A DNA stretch of 63,151 nucleotides, counting the filler, from Dugesia japonica (lineage: Eukaryota), in NCBI GenBank assembly GCA_001938525.1. It is 6 parts of 6 records of this genome, joined end to end, with 100 filler letters (N's around TTAATTAATTAA, not from the genome) between each part and the next. Parts side by side here need not be neighbours in the genome. Positions count along the whole stretch, not along the records: positions 33,077 to 43,560 come from MQRL01617069.1; positions 43,661 to 54,095 come from MQRL01646972.1; 4 more parts are not named here. The stretch is one strand, 5' to 3'. Both the position numbers and the translations under genes were made by a program. Positions 39,400 to 53,300 of the stretch are shown here, in pieces; the stretch's first letter is position 1, and every line of letters starts with the position of its first letter. Below the pieces are notes generated by a model, which was given only the letters and a program-made list of their open reading frames with translations, did not search any database and was not told the origin of the DNA.

Positions 39400-39680
39400 T
39401 TGTTTGAGCTCTTAGCCACATACTGCTTTGGCAACCAAACACAAACCAAATGATCTAGGTTGGGAAACAATGCAACACCCATCGTACTCGTCAGATCTAG
39501 CACTTTCGTATCTATTCCAATCACTTCAAAAAAATCTAAACAGAAAACCAGTTCATTCAATGGAGGATATCAAGGAGTGTTTGGAGAAGTTTTTGCAGAA
39601 AAGCTCTAAAGTTTTTATGAAATCAACTTAACTTCGACTTTTAATTTTTATGAAAATAATGCAGAACTTATTGTATAACC
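39400..39680 (+). mobile_element. Mariner 3' fragment
   Basis: LGWETMQHPSYSSDLALS..YLFQSLQ. Confidence 0.75.
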
Positions 39681-40769
39681 CAATAATTAGGAATATTATG
39701 TTTTAGGGGTAATTTTGATTTACGATTTTAATTGATTGTCATTAAAATTGAAAACTTGTCTACTGCTTCGTATTTATTGTTATTGTTTCAGGAAATTCTA
39801 TTGGTGTTTGAATATATAAATAATTAAGACTTAAATTTAAATAATTTAAAATTAAATAAATAAAATTTGTTATTTCAAACCATTTGTTTATCTAATCTTT
39901 CCATTTAAATTGAATAAAAATTAATTTTAAAAAATAAAATTAATTTTCTAAAATATTTATCAAACTTTTTTATAAAAATTCAATCTTCGTAGTGATAGCT
40001 AGAACAAAATTCCGTTCAGACACTTAAATAACTTAGGCGTTATTAATGATTAGTAAAAAAAATAAGTAAATAAAAATTAGGAAATAAAATATTGATTTCT
40101 CTGACATTTTGGCAGTTTTTTTAAATTTTCGTATATTAGTACAAATAGCTTGTTTTTTAATTCATTACATAAACTCCATTTTATTTTATACATGTCTCGT
40201 ATTTTTCATTCATTCATTATATTTGCACGGGCCTTTACAGGTCTGTTATAAAAAACCGGTAGAATTTCTTGCCAAATATTCTGAAAATTTGCTTTTAAAT
40301 TTAAATTTCTTATTTATCTTATCTTATTCTACTTTTCTGATTGAAAATAATAAACGTTTTTTGTATTAAAAATTTTCAGTTTATCTAGACTCTAAAAAAT
40401 GACTCTTAAATAAACTTCAATACCAAATCTTATATTTTTGTATCATGTTAGCGAACTTAACCAATTATTGCAAATTGTAACGAATACTTTTCTTTGACAA
40501 ATAAAAATAACAATTAATGTTATTTATATTAGATTTTTAATAATTGTGTTAATAAAATTGGTTTATGCATTCTTTTTAAGTTACATTTTATTAAGATTAA
40601 TAAACGAACTCCATTTAATTAAATATTTATTTGCTGCAATTAAATTCGATGGAATAACCGTCATTATCCGACAATAAAAGATTACTAAAAACAAACTATT
40701 TAAAAGCTTAAATGATTATATAATTTCAATTTTGCATTCTCAATAAATAATCAGAAAAATAATTTTAAG

Positions 40770-41560
40770 AATTGTGTTGAATCCGTCAATTTAACATTAA
40801 TTTTAAGATTTAATGCCCTTATTAACAAAGTTTAAGCATCACTCTCTCTAATAATTATTAAATTTACTGCTCAAATTTTAAAAATCAGAAAACGCTATTA
40901 AATTTATACATTTTCGTAGGGACTCAACAATATTACTCTTTCAACTATTTCGACCATGGTTTTGTGCTCTAGTGCAGAGATGACGGGGAGTCTCTCCGAT
41001 GTATGTGGCGTTATATGCATTACATTTAAATTGATAGACCAAATCGTTAGCACAAGCCTAAAGTTGTTATAGATTAATTATTAAACATATCTATAACATT
41101 ATGAGATCGTGATACAACTTTTATATTTAAACTAGCCTTAAGAGCATTTTTAATAGAAAGTTAAAATTTTTAAAGCCTTTCAAATAAGGTAAAGATAAAA
41201 GAATTTTAGGAATTGTTTCTACAACATCACATACCTTAGTGTGAGATAAATTACCATTTAATTTATTCAAAGTTTCATAGATTAATTTGTCTGTAAACAA
41301 TTTAGAATACCCATTATTATGAATGTAATGGTTGTTATGCTACATACATTGGAAAGCTATTATTTTAATGAAATAATAATATAACTGAATAAACAATTTT
41401 ATTTATAATAAAAGGTTTTAAAAGCAACAGATCACAATTGTTGTTCTTCTTTTTTTCATTTTTTTCCATATTTAGGCTATGCATTCTTCAGGAACAATGG
41501 TTCAGTAAATGCTGATTATAAACTTTGAAATGACAATTAAAATTAAATTCATTTAATTAT
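40770..41560 (-). mobile_element. Internally deleted Penelope-like retroelement: pseudo-LTR, RT thumb/linker and GIY-YIG endonuclease
   Basis: Minus strand: NNGYS...LSLPYLKG...LVYQFKCNAYNATYIGETPRHLCTRAQNH; upstream 41385-41560 matches 53930-54095 and carries a decayed hammerhead motif. Confidence 0.8.
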
Positions 41561-41589
41561 TATTATTTTAATTATTAATTATTTAATTA

Positions 41590-41628
41590 ATTAATAATAA
41601 TAATAATTATTATTATTATTATTATTAC

Positions 41629-41665
<37 letters not shown>

Positions 41666-41715
41666 NNNNNNNNNNNNNNNNNNNNNNNNNNNNNNNNNNN
41701 NNNNNNNNNNNNNNN

Positions 41716-41772
<57 letters not shown>
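41590..41772. repeat. (ATT)n microsatellite
   Basis: Long ATT run spanning a gap. Confidence 0.95.
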
Positions 41773-43560
41773 GTAACTAGATAGTAAAATAAGTAGGCGT
41801 GTAATTTAGCTGAGGCTATCTAGATTTTTTGACTCGATAATATAACCTGAAGAATATAGTCTCTTTATATTTACAATCGACAAATTAATAATTACCTCAC
41901 TCAGAAGTAGGTGTGTATAATCTGCTAGTCAATAATTGATGAATTAGTCACCCAAGTGTGAATATGGAAGCCGTAATATAGATTAGTATCTAACCACTAA
42001 CCCTATTGAGCCAATCTGCAATCTCTGTCAGGATAAGTCATGATTATTCATTCAAAAAATGCTGCAATAGTCTAATCTAACTTTAACTCTGTTACAATAG
42101 TGGATTTCTTTTCTAGAATTGGAATATTCAATCGTCTCAGCTAATAACCGTGACCTAATGTTATGCTTCATTCATGATGGATCATTTTTTTATATTCTAA
42201 GTCTTAGATCGAATAGAGAAGCTAGGCGATTAAAGTCGATATTCAATCTGCGTCCAGGCATAGAGCAACTCCTAGGTGACAATGCGTTCATAACCTTGAA
42301 TGAAATATTATAGCTCTCGTGATGGAATTTGAAAAGGTGATTTTCATGATAAGTTGGAGACAGTTAACAATGTTGCAGATCCGTTGGCAGTCAGCTAACA
42401 CTGTTATCACCCAGTTAGCGGAAGAACTTCATCGAGTGTAACATTTAATAAATTGAAATCTTTCTGATTAGTATTATTATTATAAAATCTTTTTTTGTGA
42501 AGGATATTTATTTTATTGATGTTATTAGGGTAGTTACCATTGACGGAATGATTAGTCTTAAAAAAATATATTTTTTTGCGTGATTGATGTTTACCAATAA
42601 ATCGGTTATTCTATCATGAGTAAATCTTGCAGTAACGGACACTGTAGGTCTATCTACTACCTCTGACATCACAAATAATATAAACTATGGGGATTACTGC
42701 ATGTTTGAGGAATTTTAGAATACCTCATACTGAGTATTGACTGTGTCATGATGGATATTATCATCCAGAGATTATTAGATTTACTTCTATTATATATTCA
42801 TTTTAGCAAGGGCTTTCTGGGTACCTTTTTTTCAGTCAGTATTATAGTTAAAAGTCGGGTAAGGCAGAATAAATGCTTTCCATACATACAGGTAAAAATC
42901 AAATAAATCTCTTTTGAATCTCCTTTATCAATATGTTAATTAAGGAATAGATTTTCCCATGGATGACATACTAAAAACCACCCTCCGGTATTTGCGACAA
43001 GAACGGGAGTGATCCCGTAGGAAACAGTTTATCAGCCATCTACTATTTCCCAATCTCATTCCGTCACCAGACGAATTGGACCTCCTTTACCTGGTGCAGT
43101 TGAAATGGACGAGAGAGACTGACTACCATATTTGATTTGATTTTCTCAATCAATGGAATTAAATATAGTGGATTTGTTTTACCTGCTCATGACTAATTGT
43201 TAATTATGGTGGTTTAGTGTAATATAACCTAAATTTTGTTTTTATAACTTGTTGTAGAGCCAAATCCAACTAATGGAGTCTATTTGGGAACGGATAGTCG
43301 ATCGAAAAACTCGCTGTATAATGTTTAGGCGCCACCATAACCCTAATAACCATCATGCAGGCATCTTGGTAGATCGATCGAATTTGCCTCCCTTTAAGGC
43401 CACAGTAACTCGCATTCAGAACTTTGGCGAGAGGTTAAATTTTCAATAATGGAATGAGCCAATGCGTAGCCACACTACACCTTTTGATTACCAACCTCCG
43501 GCCCCACCCCCAGTCGTGCAAGCCTTCATCACCAATTTGCTCTGGGGCACTAGGGAACCC

Positions 43561-43660
43561 NNNNNNNNNNNNNNNNNNNNNNNNNNNNNNNNNNNNNNNN
43601 NNNNTTAATTAATTAANNNNNNNNNNNNNNNNNNNNNNNNNNNNNNNNNNNNNNNNNNNN
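43561..43660. other. Artificial contig spacer
   Basis: 44 N + TTAATTAATTAA + 44 N. Confidence 0.95.
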
Positions 43661-44363
43661 AATTTGGTGTTTATTGTATGAATGAATAATTATAATTTTT
43701 ATAATTTCAGATAAAGAATGAATTCCAGATATTTAAATTAAATACATTAATAACTTTATTATACATGTTTTTATTTAGCATTTTGTTGATCACTTATTAT
43801 TTTAGCTCAAATAATTTAGTGGACATTTTTCTCTTTCTTCTTTTGTGTAATTTTTAGAAATATAAATTATCACTTAGTTTATTTAAAATTTTAAAAATAT
43901 GTTTTACTAAAAATTTCTATAAAATGCATTATGAATTCCACATATCCAAGAAAAAATAATTTGTCATAATTTTGATGGAATAGAATTTTACAAAATATTT
44001 TGATTAATATTGAAGATGGAAATCATATGATTTTGAATCATGAAGTTAGTTTAAGTATTTAAAGGTAAAAAAGGATTTAACTTTTTTCGAGTAATAATCC
44101 AANNNNNNNNNNNNNNNNNNNNNNNNNNNNNNNNNNNNNNNNNNNNNNNNNNNNNNNNNNNNNNNNNNNNNNNNNNNNNNNNNNNNNNNNNNNNNNNNNN
44201 NNNNNNNNNNNNNNNATTTGGAGATCAGTAATGAAAATAATTTACTAATATATGTGTTATTCCATTTAAATTTATTTTCCACTATTATTAATTATTTCAT
44301 TGTCGTAATTATTCCATATTTCAAAAATATCAAAACGATTTTTTCTATTTTCATAGATTGTTC

Positions 44364-44388
44364 AATATTTCGGCTATGCCTTCTTCAG
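44364..44388 (-). ncRNA. Minimal hammerhead ribozyme motif (Penelope type)
   Basis: Reverse complement is CTGAAGA-A-GGC-ATA-GCC-GAAATATT; flanks GTTT/GAAC can form stem I. Confidence 0.65.
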
Positions 44389-44528
44389 AAACTATTGCTC
44401 AATTCATTCTGGCTGTGATTTAATTTAATGTTATGATTGGTGACCAATGAAAATTAATTTTAATCGGATTAATTTAAATTGTGTTTCGATTTAAAAATTT
44501 ATAACCAGAATGAATTGTGCAATAGTTT

Positions 44529-44553
44529 CTGAAGAAGGCATAACCGAAATATT
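44529..44553 (+). ncRNA. Minimal hammerhead ribozyme motif, inverted partner (one stem II mismatch)
   Basis: CTGAAGAAGGCATAACCGAAATATT within an inverted repeat (44332-44414 / 44504-44586). Confidence 0.55.
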
Positions 44554-45194
44554 GAACCATCTATGAAAATAGAAAAACATCGTTTTNNNNNNNNNNNNNN
44601 NNNNNNNNNNNNNNTTAAATTTGTTTTTCAAAGTATTTGTTTAATACATAGATCAATGGTTAAGTTAATTTTTATGAAATTAAATTTTAAAACGAAAGTT
44701 TTAAGATAAAAAATTGTAAAAAGAAAATTTCAAATTTAATCTCAAAAATTAATCTTAAAATTAATATCAAAATTGATTTTATTGTCGAAATTTTTTCCGC
44801 ACCCCCTTTTAACTTATGATATTAAATAAATTTGTCTATAGTTTTACTTTGTCACAATTCCTTTCAATTTCTTAACCAACATTATTTTAATTTTTATTAT
44901 CGTCATGTTCATTTCTCGTCAATGTTATTATTTTATTATTTCAACTTTTTTTCGGATAATTTTTGAATGTTGAATTTATAAAATTAAATGACAACATAAA
45001 AATTAAAATGAAAATATTTCACATTAATAAAATTAAGAAAATAAATTCATTTAATATTTATTTAATCAAATTAATAAATAATAATGAAAATATAATGCAT
45101 TTTATTTTCATTTTCCAAATTAAATTCTTATTTAATAACAAATAAGAACTATCTAAAAGTGAACATAAATTTTTAAAACATTTTGTTGAATTAC

Positions 45195-46190
45195 CACAGT
45201 CATTGCAAATTGTTCCTTGAATATAAGGTCTTTGTAAAGATTGATTTCTTCTTTAAAAAAAAATACAATAAAATTAATGGTTTTATATTGTAAGATTTAT
45301 CATTTTTATTTAGTAAAAACAATCATTTCAAAAGAAAAATGTTGAACCTTCGTTTGTAAATTACAAGTCCAATCAAATTAAAAAAATTTTATTTATTTGG
45401 TCAACCAAAATTCTATAGAAGAAAATAAAGAAAAGATAAAGATGTAATATTTTTGTTATTAATAGCGTACTTTTCAAAAAAAAAATTTCAAACTTTTTTT
45501 CCAGTTTAAATTACATCAATGAATCACATAATTTGTTTAATATTTTAATCAGGTCATCAAACTTCTTGGGGACAAAGCATTTGTCACAGTTAATTTAGAA
45601 CAGTAGTTGGCAACCAATGAAATTCCAGAATCATTTTCTGTTAAAATTTTAAATCATATTTTACTTAACGTCAATAAATACAACAATGTTGCTGGCATTT
45701 AAAATCAATTATGATGAATAATAAATCATTTTTCTATTGGTATAAATATAATTGCAGCTGATTTCTTTACTAATATTCGGTTGTAACATAATTTTCGTGA
45801 TTTTGTTTATGGTAAACTAGTTTATTTAACAAATTTATTATTGAAAAATAACATTTATTTGTAATGATTTATGGTGCTCTACAATACTTCAGTAATTTTC
45901 CATTTACTTTTAATCGCGGTCTAAAAGTTGCAGAAGCGGTCCTAGGTATTTGTGATGTATTCGAAGAAGATGCAATGGCCTGAAGTACAGGAGAGTATTG
46001 GTTCATCAAGTTCCGAAATGCACATTCGACCTCCAAGATACTTGCCACTTCGTAAGACCATCCAAGTTTGATGGGGACCATTTGATTATTATATTGAAAA
46101 AGGTTGGACGTCATACATGTAAATAATTGGCCAAAAAGATGAACAGCAATGGCGGGGATTCCATTATTGATTGTGTTGCGCTGGAACAGA
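45195..46190 (-). CDS. Possible exons of an unidentified host gene
   Basis: GC-richer open segments (about 46190-45910, 45640-45555, 45250-45195) with plausible GT/AG borders; no recognisable domain. Confidence 0.35.
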
Positions 46191-46539
46191 CGGAAAAGTA
46201 GAAGGCATTTATTTAAATTGATTAACTAAACAAAATGAAACTACGAAAGAAATAAATTTAGAAAAAAATAAAAGAAAGTACTAGTAATAAAAAGAATTGA
46301 TTAAAATAATAAAATAAATAATTATTAAATAACTTAACTGCTTAAAAAATTAATAATCACGAAAGAATGAGAAAGTACAAGTGAATCTTTAATGAAAGCA
46401 TGACTCAATAAAATAAAAGAATTATTTAAAATTAAAGGAATTATATATTCGAGAAGAAATATAAGTAAGTAAATAAAATATCAAATGGGAAAAGTATGAA
46501 TAAAAGCTCAGAAAATAAAATTAATTAAAGAAATATAAT

Positions 46540-47797
46540 ATTAAAGTTGTAGAAAAGTAATGAGAAAATTTTATATCAAAATCAAAACTATTTTATTTAT
46601 TAACAAAAAAATTTAATCATTTATATAATTGCCATCATTATCAATAACACATTACCATCTATTCGCCAACGAATGAATCCCATCCGAATAAAATTTGACT
46701 TCTTTTTCAATAAAATACTTAGAGAGATCCAATTTCATGTCTTCTAAACCTTTATAAATTTTACTTCCTAAAAAGTGTTCGAGAGAACGGGAAAGGTAAT
46801 AATCTGACGGGGTAATATCGGGGCTATATGGTAAATGTTGAAAAACTCCAAACCCTAAATCTCTGATTTTAATTTAGTCATCTTTGAAGTGTGTAGTTTT
46901 GCGTTATCATGAAGAAGAATAATGCCTTTTCTGTTAACCAATTCAAGGCGTTTCTTTTAAAGTATCTAATTTTCCACAATACAATTCACTGTTAATTGTT
47001 TGTCCTGATTCCAATAGCTCCTAATACAATAGTCCTTTAAAATTCCACCGACAGACAGTAATGCTTTTTTTGATGAAAATTTGATTTTAGAAACGGAAAT
47101 GCTGATTCATCTGGACTTAAATATTGGTTTCCTTTATGTGAATTGTCATACATAACCCACTTTTCATCGGATGTTATTATTTGCTGAAGAAACGGATTCT
47201 TTTTATTACGAATAAAATTTGAATTGCAAAATGTAATCCTTAAAGATTTTTGATTTTTATTCAATTTTTATGGCACCCAAATTCCTGCCCGAAAAAACTT
47301 TACGATTTGATGTTAATGGTCTCTTATAGTTTTTCTATTGACTGATATCTTATAGGATTACTCTTCACAACTTTGCTTTGGATCTGATTCAACCAAATGT
47401 CTAAAAATTTGATTGTCCACCAATGATGGTCTTCCCGATTTTGGATTGTCCTCAAGACGTCTGTTGCCATTTCAGAATCTTTCATACCAAAGATAACATT
47501 GGGGAACACTTAGACTATTATCATTATAAATTGATTTTAAACGATTAGCTGCATCTGAAGCATTTGTGCCCAAATCGAATTCATATAACAAACAATGTCT
47601 TACATATTTCTTCACAAAATCTTTGTTAGCCATTTTTAAATACAAATTTTAAACAATATTTACTGTAAAATTTATTAACTGATATATTTAAACGTAAAAT
47701 CAATTTTGGTTACATTTGTAAAAAAATTTTTAATTCTTCAATAATAACATAACAAAATGAATAAATTTTTTTCTCATTACTTTTCTGCACCCCAAAT
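46540..47797 (-). mobile_element. Full-length (about 1.26 kb) but decayed mariner with TIRs
   Basis: TIRs ..AGAAAAGTAATGAGAAAA (46551-46568) and TTTTCTCATTACTTTTCT (47769-47786); VRHCLLYEF, WVP, ITSDEKWVMYDN, HDNA, YSPDITPSDYYL, DGNYI. Confidence 0.9.
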
Positions 47798-49199
47798 AAT
47801 AAAATAAGACTCAAAAGAAAATTAAAAGAAATAATAAAACATAAACAGAAGTAATAATCGATAAGAAATCCTGCTTATAAATGAAATAACTGAATTATAT
47901 GCAAAGGGAAAAATAAAATAAATTCAAGATAGATAACAAAATAGAAAATAGTGATCAAGTAAGAAAGATAAGAAAAGGTGAAAAGTATGGATTAAATAAT
48001 TATAAACGCAAATGTAACATTCGGTGAATCAAACGAGAAATATATTAAAGAAAATAAAAGAAATTAATTGAAATAATAAAAGAAATTAGTAATCAATAAA
48101 TTAATGAATTAATAAATTATTAAATTAATGAGTTAATAAATTAATAAAATACTAAATTAATAAATTAAATTAATAAAAAAAATTTATTAATAAATTAATA
48201 AATTAAAAAATTAATAAATTATTAAATTATTAAATTATTAAATTAATAAATTAATGAAGTAATAAACACATTAGTTGTCATGTAATAAATCATTGAGTTC
48301 TAAAAACTCATCTAACAAACCTTATGAAAAACTAATTTATATTTTTGTAACTATATTAAATTATTAATATGTGAACTGTATGTTATCCCTATTTATAAGT
48401 CAATACAGACTTTTATAAAAAATATTATTATCAACATTAAATTATATTATTTTTTAAATTCATTCGTCCCAGTTCAGTGGTAACAATTTTTATGGAACCA
48501 GCACGAAATGAAACATGCATTTTGAGTAGCGTACATTCACAAATTTATGTGAACAACGTATATTGTGAGCAAAGATCTGAAATTCTGTGTAACGGGTGAG
48601 CACCGCGCACGACTTAAAAGAATAGTATATAATCCTAGCAGTTTTTGAAAGAAAATAGTCTTAAAAATCTTTAATTTTGAGCTCTTACCAGTTTAACTAG
48701 ATGAAACTCTTAAGTAGCAATTTAAATCTATAAAACATAGGAAAATCGAAGTAAATATTTTTGAATTTATTTTCAAATTTTTAATATGTTAATTAATTAA
48801 AATTGTCCACGAGATCATTTACCATTAACGAATGCTATTAAAGTGATTAAAGATAAAGATTATATGGAAAGAATTACTATGAATAAGTATCATAGAGTAT
48901 GCTGAAGCAATAATAAAGTAACTTAATATGAATTGAGATAATGATAATTTGAAAACGAGTAACTTATTAATGAGAAAAAATGATTCGTGATGTAAAGAGT
49001 ATGGATGAATACGATGATACTGATAGATATAGAACGAGTTGGTAAGACGAAGTGGAAGTGGTTGACCCTTGCTTAATTTTGTCTAATTATTAATAATGAA
49101 GTTTGTACTATTTTATGGCTAATACTGTTATATTTGAATTGAAAATATCACCTTTATGATTATTTGTTTATGATTTATAGATTGTTTGATAATTTATTC

Positions 49200-50147
49200 A
49201 AAGTTTTATTATATAGGATTTTTCAACAAAACAGCGCTTTTGAAAGATTTCTGAAAAGTAAAGAAATCAGCAGAAAAACTGTACTCCAAATGCATATGCA
49301 TATCAAAGAAATCTCTACTCTTATAAATCTCAGAATTAGTTCAGTACACTGAATCATAACTGAAATATTGTTATTAAAATGCGTCCATGCAAGGTGGGTT
49401 CCTCAACGAATAACAGAGGATCACAAATTCCGAAGAATAAATTTAGCACAAAAGTTGCTTAGAAATCTGAACATTCATACTGTGGTCGTTGACGAAAAAT
49501 GGATNNNNNNNNNNNNNNNNNNNNNNNNNNNNNNNNNNNNNNNNNNNNNNNNNNNNNNNNNNNNNCAGCCAACAATTGCCAGAAGAAAAATATCAGACAT
49601 GAAATTTCATATAATCGTTGCCTGTAAAATTTTGTAGTAATTTCCGTTTTCAAGTTTTAGAGCGCAACAAATCTATTAATGCTAAACGTTATGTGGATTT
49701 CCTTCAAACTATCTTGCATAAGATAAGAGTTGGACATTTAGAACTCATGCAAGACAATGCTCGTCCCCATGTGGTTGTCATGACACAGGCCTTCTGTGAA
49801 TAACATGGAATTAAAATTCTAAGGAAATCTCCTTACTATCCAGATATGAATTTATTGGATAGGTTTGTGTTCAGAAATATTGAATTTGACAGAAGGAAAA
49901 CACGATTTCTAAATATTAATTCCCTATCCGAATATCTGGCAAATTTTATGAAAATAAAAATGACAAAATTGAAACTGTCGACAGAGTTTGAACATCTGAA
50001 AAATCACCTCCATGAAGTAATTAAGAAGCATGGAGATTATATCTAATTCATTTTGTTTGTATATATATATATATATATAGTTCTATAGGATATTTTAAAT
50101 ATTTTAGAGTTTCTAAAAAAACGCTGTTTTTTTTTGAAACACCCTAT
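49200..50147 (+). mobile_element. Divergent DD34D mariner-like transposon, 5'-truncated
   Basis: RWVPQRIT, VVVDEKW, MQDNARPH, 34 codons to the D of PDMNLLD; 3' TIR TTTTGAAACACCCTATA. Confidence 0.8.
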
Positions 50148-50321
50148 AGCTTTAACAATTTGGTTAGACTTTTTTGGTTAATAAAACTAATTTTAGGAAC
50201 AGGTACTGAGAGGTTTAATAAATTAATTTTACTTGTAAAAAAGTACACAAAATATAAATTATTTATGTAAAAACTAACTACAAAAACACATATTTAAATA
50301 ATTAAATGTATTAGTTAAACA

Positions 50322-53300
50322 TTGTTGTTAGTTGGCAAAAGTATTATAATTAAATATTTTTCCCAGACCATCGGTTGAGAAACACTGATTTATGTGACCC
50401 GTATGTATGTTGTGATTGATGCGACCTGTATGAACATTATGAATGAATGATGTAATAAATTTCTCGAACAGCTGCATCACTTATATTCCCGTATTTAAGA
50501 ATGCAATTGGTTTGAAATTGGCACTTTTTATTAGAATATCATTTTATGGAATTAGTTTTAGTTCTGGATATTAATATGGCGACCACGTTAAATACAAGTG
50601 AACTTATTTGATTAATTCCGCAGCCAAAGTTGTTCTCCGCAAATATGGATATAGAAGAATTCGTAGTGGAAATAAGAAATTATTTTGATTTAATTCAAAT
50701 TAATCCAAATCAAAGAAATATATTAATTCGAGCTTTCGCGGTCGAAGATGCAAGAAGACAATTAGAGAAGCTCACTGATTCTAATAATTATGAAGAAAAT
50801 CTACGAAGATTATTTGGTAAATTCAGTAATCTTGCAAAGACTTACAAAATGCGTTACAATATCGAAAATGGAATAATTCAATCGAAGAATATATCGAACA
50901 AGTTGAAAAGAATGTGAAGAAAGTAATGCGACACAAATTGACGTCGACGAAACTTATCGAATTTTTATTAAAGTAATATTTGGATGATAAAACAATGATA
51001 GAAGAAGTGGCTGGATTTGTGTATACTGAATCTCTTCTCAAATAAAAATCAGATAAAGAGCAAAATGAAGAAAATTAAGATCAACGAGGAACGACTCCAG
51101 TGAAATATATAAAAGAAATTTTAAAATCGGTTGAGGAAAGAAATCGAAATACAGATATTTCAATTCTCAATAAACCAAGTTATGCCTAAGTTACAAGACT
51201 AAAATACAATGCGTATCCATATCATCAAAGTAATGTTCAAAGTGAGATGATTGGAAAAATAAATCACGGTCAAGAATCAAGAAATCAATCTAAAATGAAA
51301 GACAATTTCAATGAAGACCAATCTATACAAAATCAATGAATTCTGACAATTATTAGAAAACTATTCGATGTTATGAATGCCAAGAATTCGGCCATATCAG
51401 AAGAAAATTTCAGAACTTCCGTTGCACAACGTGTCAAAGTCGAGGACATTTAAGTCGAATTTTTTTTTGAATCAAGAAAAAATCACAGAAAAGAATATTT
51501 CCAATGGAAAAATTATAATAATTATAGATCTCAGAATTATGAGGAAAGGAGATTTTCCAATCGGTGTTATCGAGTTGTTGCACTGGATGATGTCTGTTTT
51601 CAAACTGGTGATATTACGGAAAACGAAGGAAAAATTATTGGAGATGATACTGTGAATGAATGTGACTGTATGTCTGTTCATACTTTATGTTTGAAAGAAT
51701 GTTCTGAAAATTATTTAGATTTTTTTGTTAATTCCAATAATTCTTTTGATAGTTTTAATAATTATTTGGATATAATGATTACAGATTTAAATTTTGAAAA
51801 ATATAAAAATATTACTTTAAATGTTAATAGAAACAGCGTAGTTATTGGAAATAAGTTAGATGAAGGGCCGTTTTATTGTTTATATTTAAATTAAGTTATT
51901 TATGCGTGTTTGTTTGATACAGGAGCAAAAATTAGCGTTAAAAGTTTAAAGGTATTTAAAGAAATAAATAGAGTTTTAGAATCAATAGAAAAATCTTTGA
52001 AAATATTTTGCGCAAATGGAAATGCTTTGAAAATATTTGGACACTGTTTTCTAAATTTAAGATATAAAGGCATAAGTATCCGAAATTATAAAAGGAATAG
52101 ATATTTTCGAAAAATTAAATATAAGCTTAGTTAATATGAATGCATTAATTTCTGGTTAAGATATGAAACATATAAAGTTATGTAATTTAGAAGATAAATA
52201 TACAAAGGAAATTGCAGATTTTTAATAGACAGGAAGCTTTAAACTCATAAAAACATTATAGGAAAAACTCATCCATTATATAAAATAATAATGAATTTAG
52301 CAATATTTTATGGCAAATAAATGAGATATAGGAAAAACGAATATCTTAAAGCCTCTGATTATGACAAATTGTGAACCAATAGTTGTACCTCATAAACGAT
52401 AGCCAATACATTATGTTGAGAAAATTAAGGAAATTATTCAGAATTAGGAGGAAAATAAAATAATATCGAAATGCGAATCCCCATGGAACTCCACAATTGT
52501 ATGTGTTCAAAAAAGAATTCAGAATGTGCTAAGATTTTTGGTTGTAAAATAAAAATGCAATTAGACCTGCATTCCATTTTCCGAATGTGAATGAAATGAT
52601 AGATTCATTACATAGAGTTTAGTTATTCTCATCAATAGATCTTGGAAATGCATATTACCAAGTTGAATTCAAAAATGAAAACGGCATTCTCTACAAAATA
52701 TGGACAAGATCATTTTAATGTGATGCCATTTAAAATTGCCGCAGAGCCATCTACATTTCAGAAATTAATGACGATTATTATAGGAGATATGAATTGGAAA
52801 GAAAGTTTGGTCAACCTGGATGATGATTTAAGTTTTTTCAAAAACAATTGATGACCATATTTCAATTTTACACAAGCTATTTACTAGGATATCTAAATCT
52901 GATTTACGAATTAGTCCTGATAAGCGTAAATTTCTAGTATCAAAAATAAAATATTTAGGTCACGTAATTAATACTGACCGAATACTGACTGAAGTGGAAT
53001 CCATAAAGACATTTAAAAAACTGTGTTGCGTTAAACACTTCAGAAACCTTTTGGGTCTAACTAATTACTATAGTAAATTCATTGAAGGATATTCTCAGCT
53101 AGCAAAACCACTAGAATTTTTATTAAGTAAGAAAGAAAAGAAAATCATTTGGACATCTGAAAGTGAAATAGCATTTGAGAAATTGAAAAAGAAAATGTCA
53201 AATGCTCCTATATTATCTCCAGATTTTAGTCGTAAATTTATCCTGAATACGGATGCAGGTTTTGACAGTCTTGGTGCTGTATTGTCGTAAAAAGATAATT

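Noticed and set aside
40640-40672. Possible second decayed hammerhead at the Penelope 3' end (minus: ATAATGACGGTTATTCCATCGAA)
   Set aside because: The core CUGANGA and GAAA are both broken; too degenerate to call.
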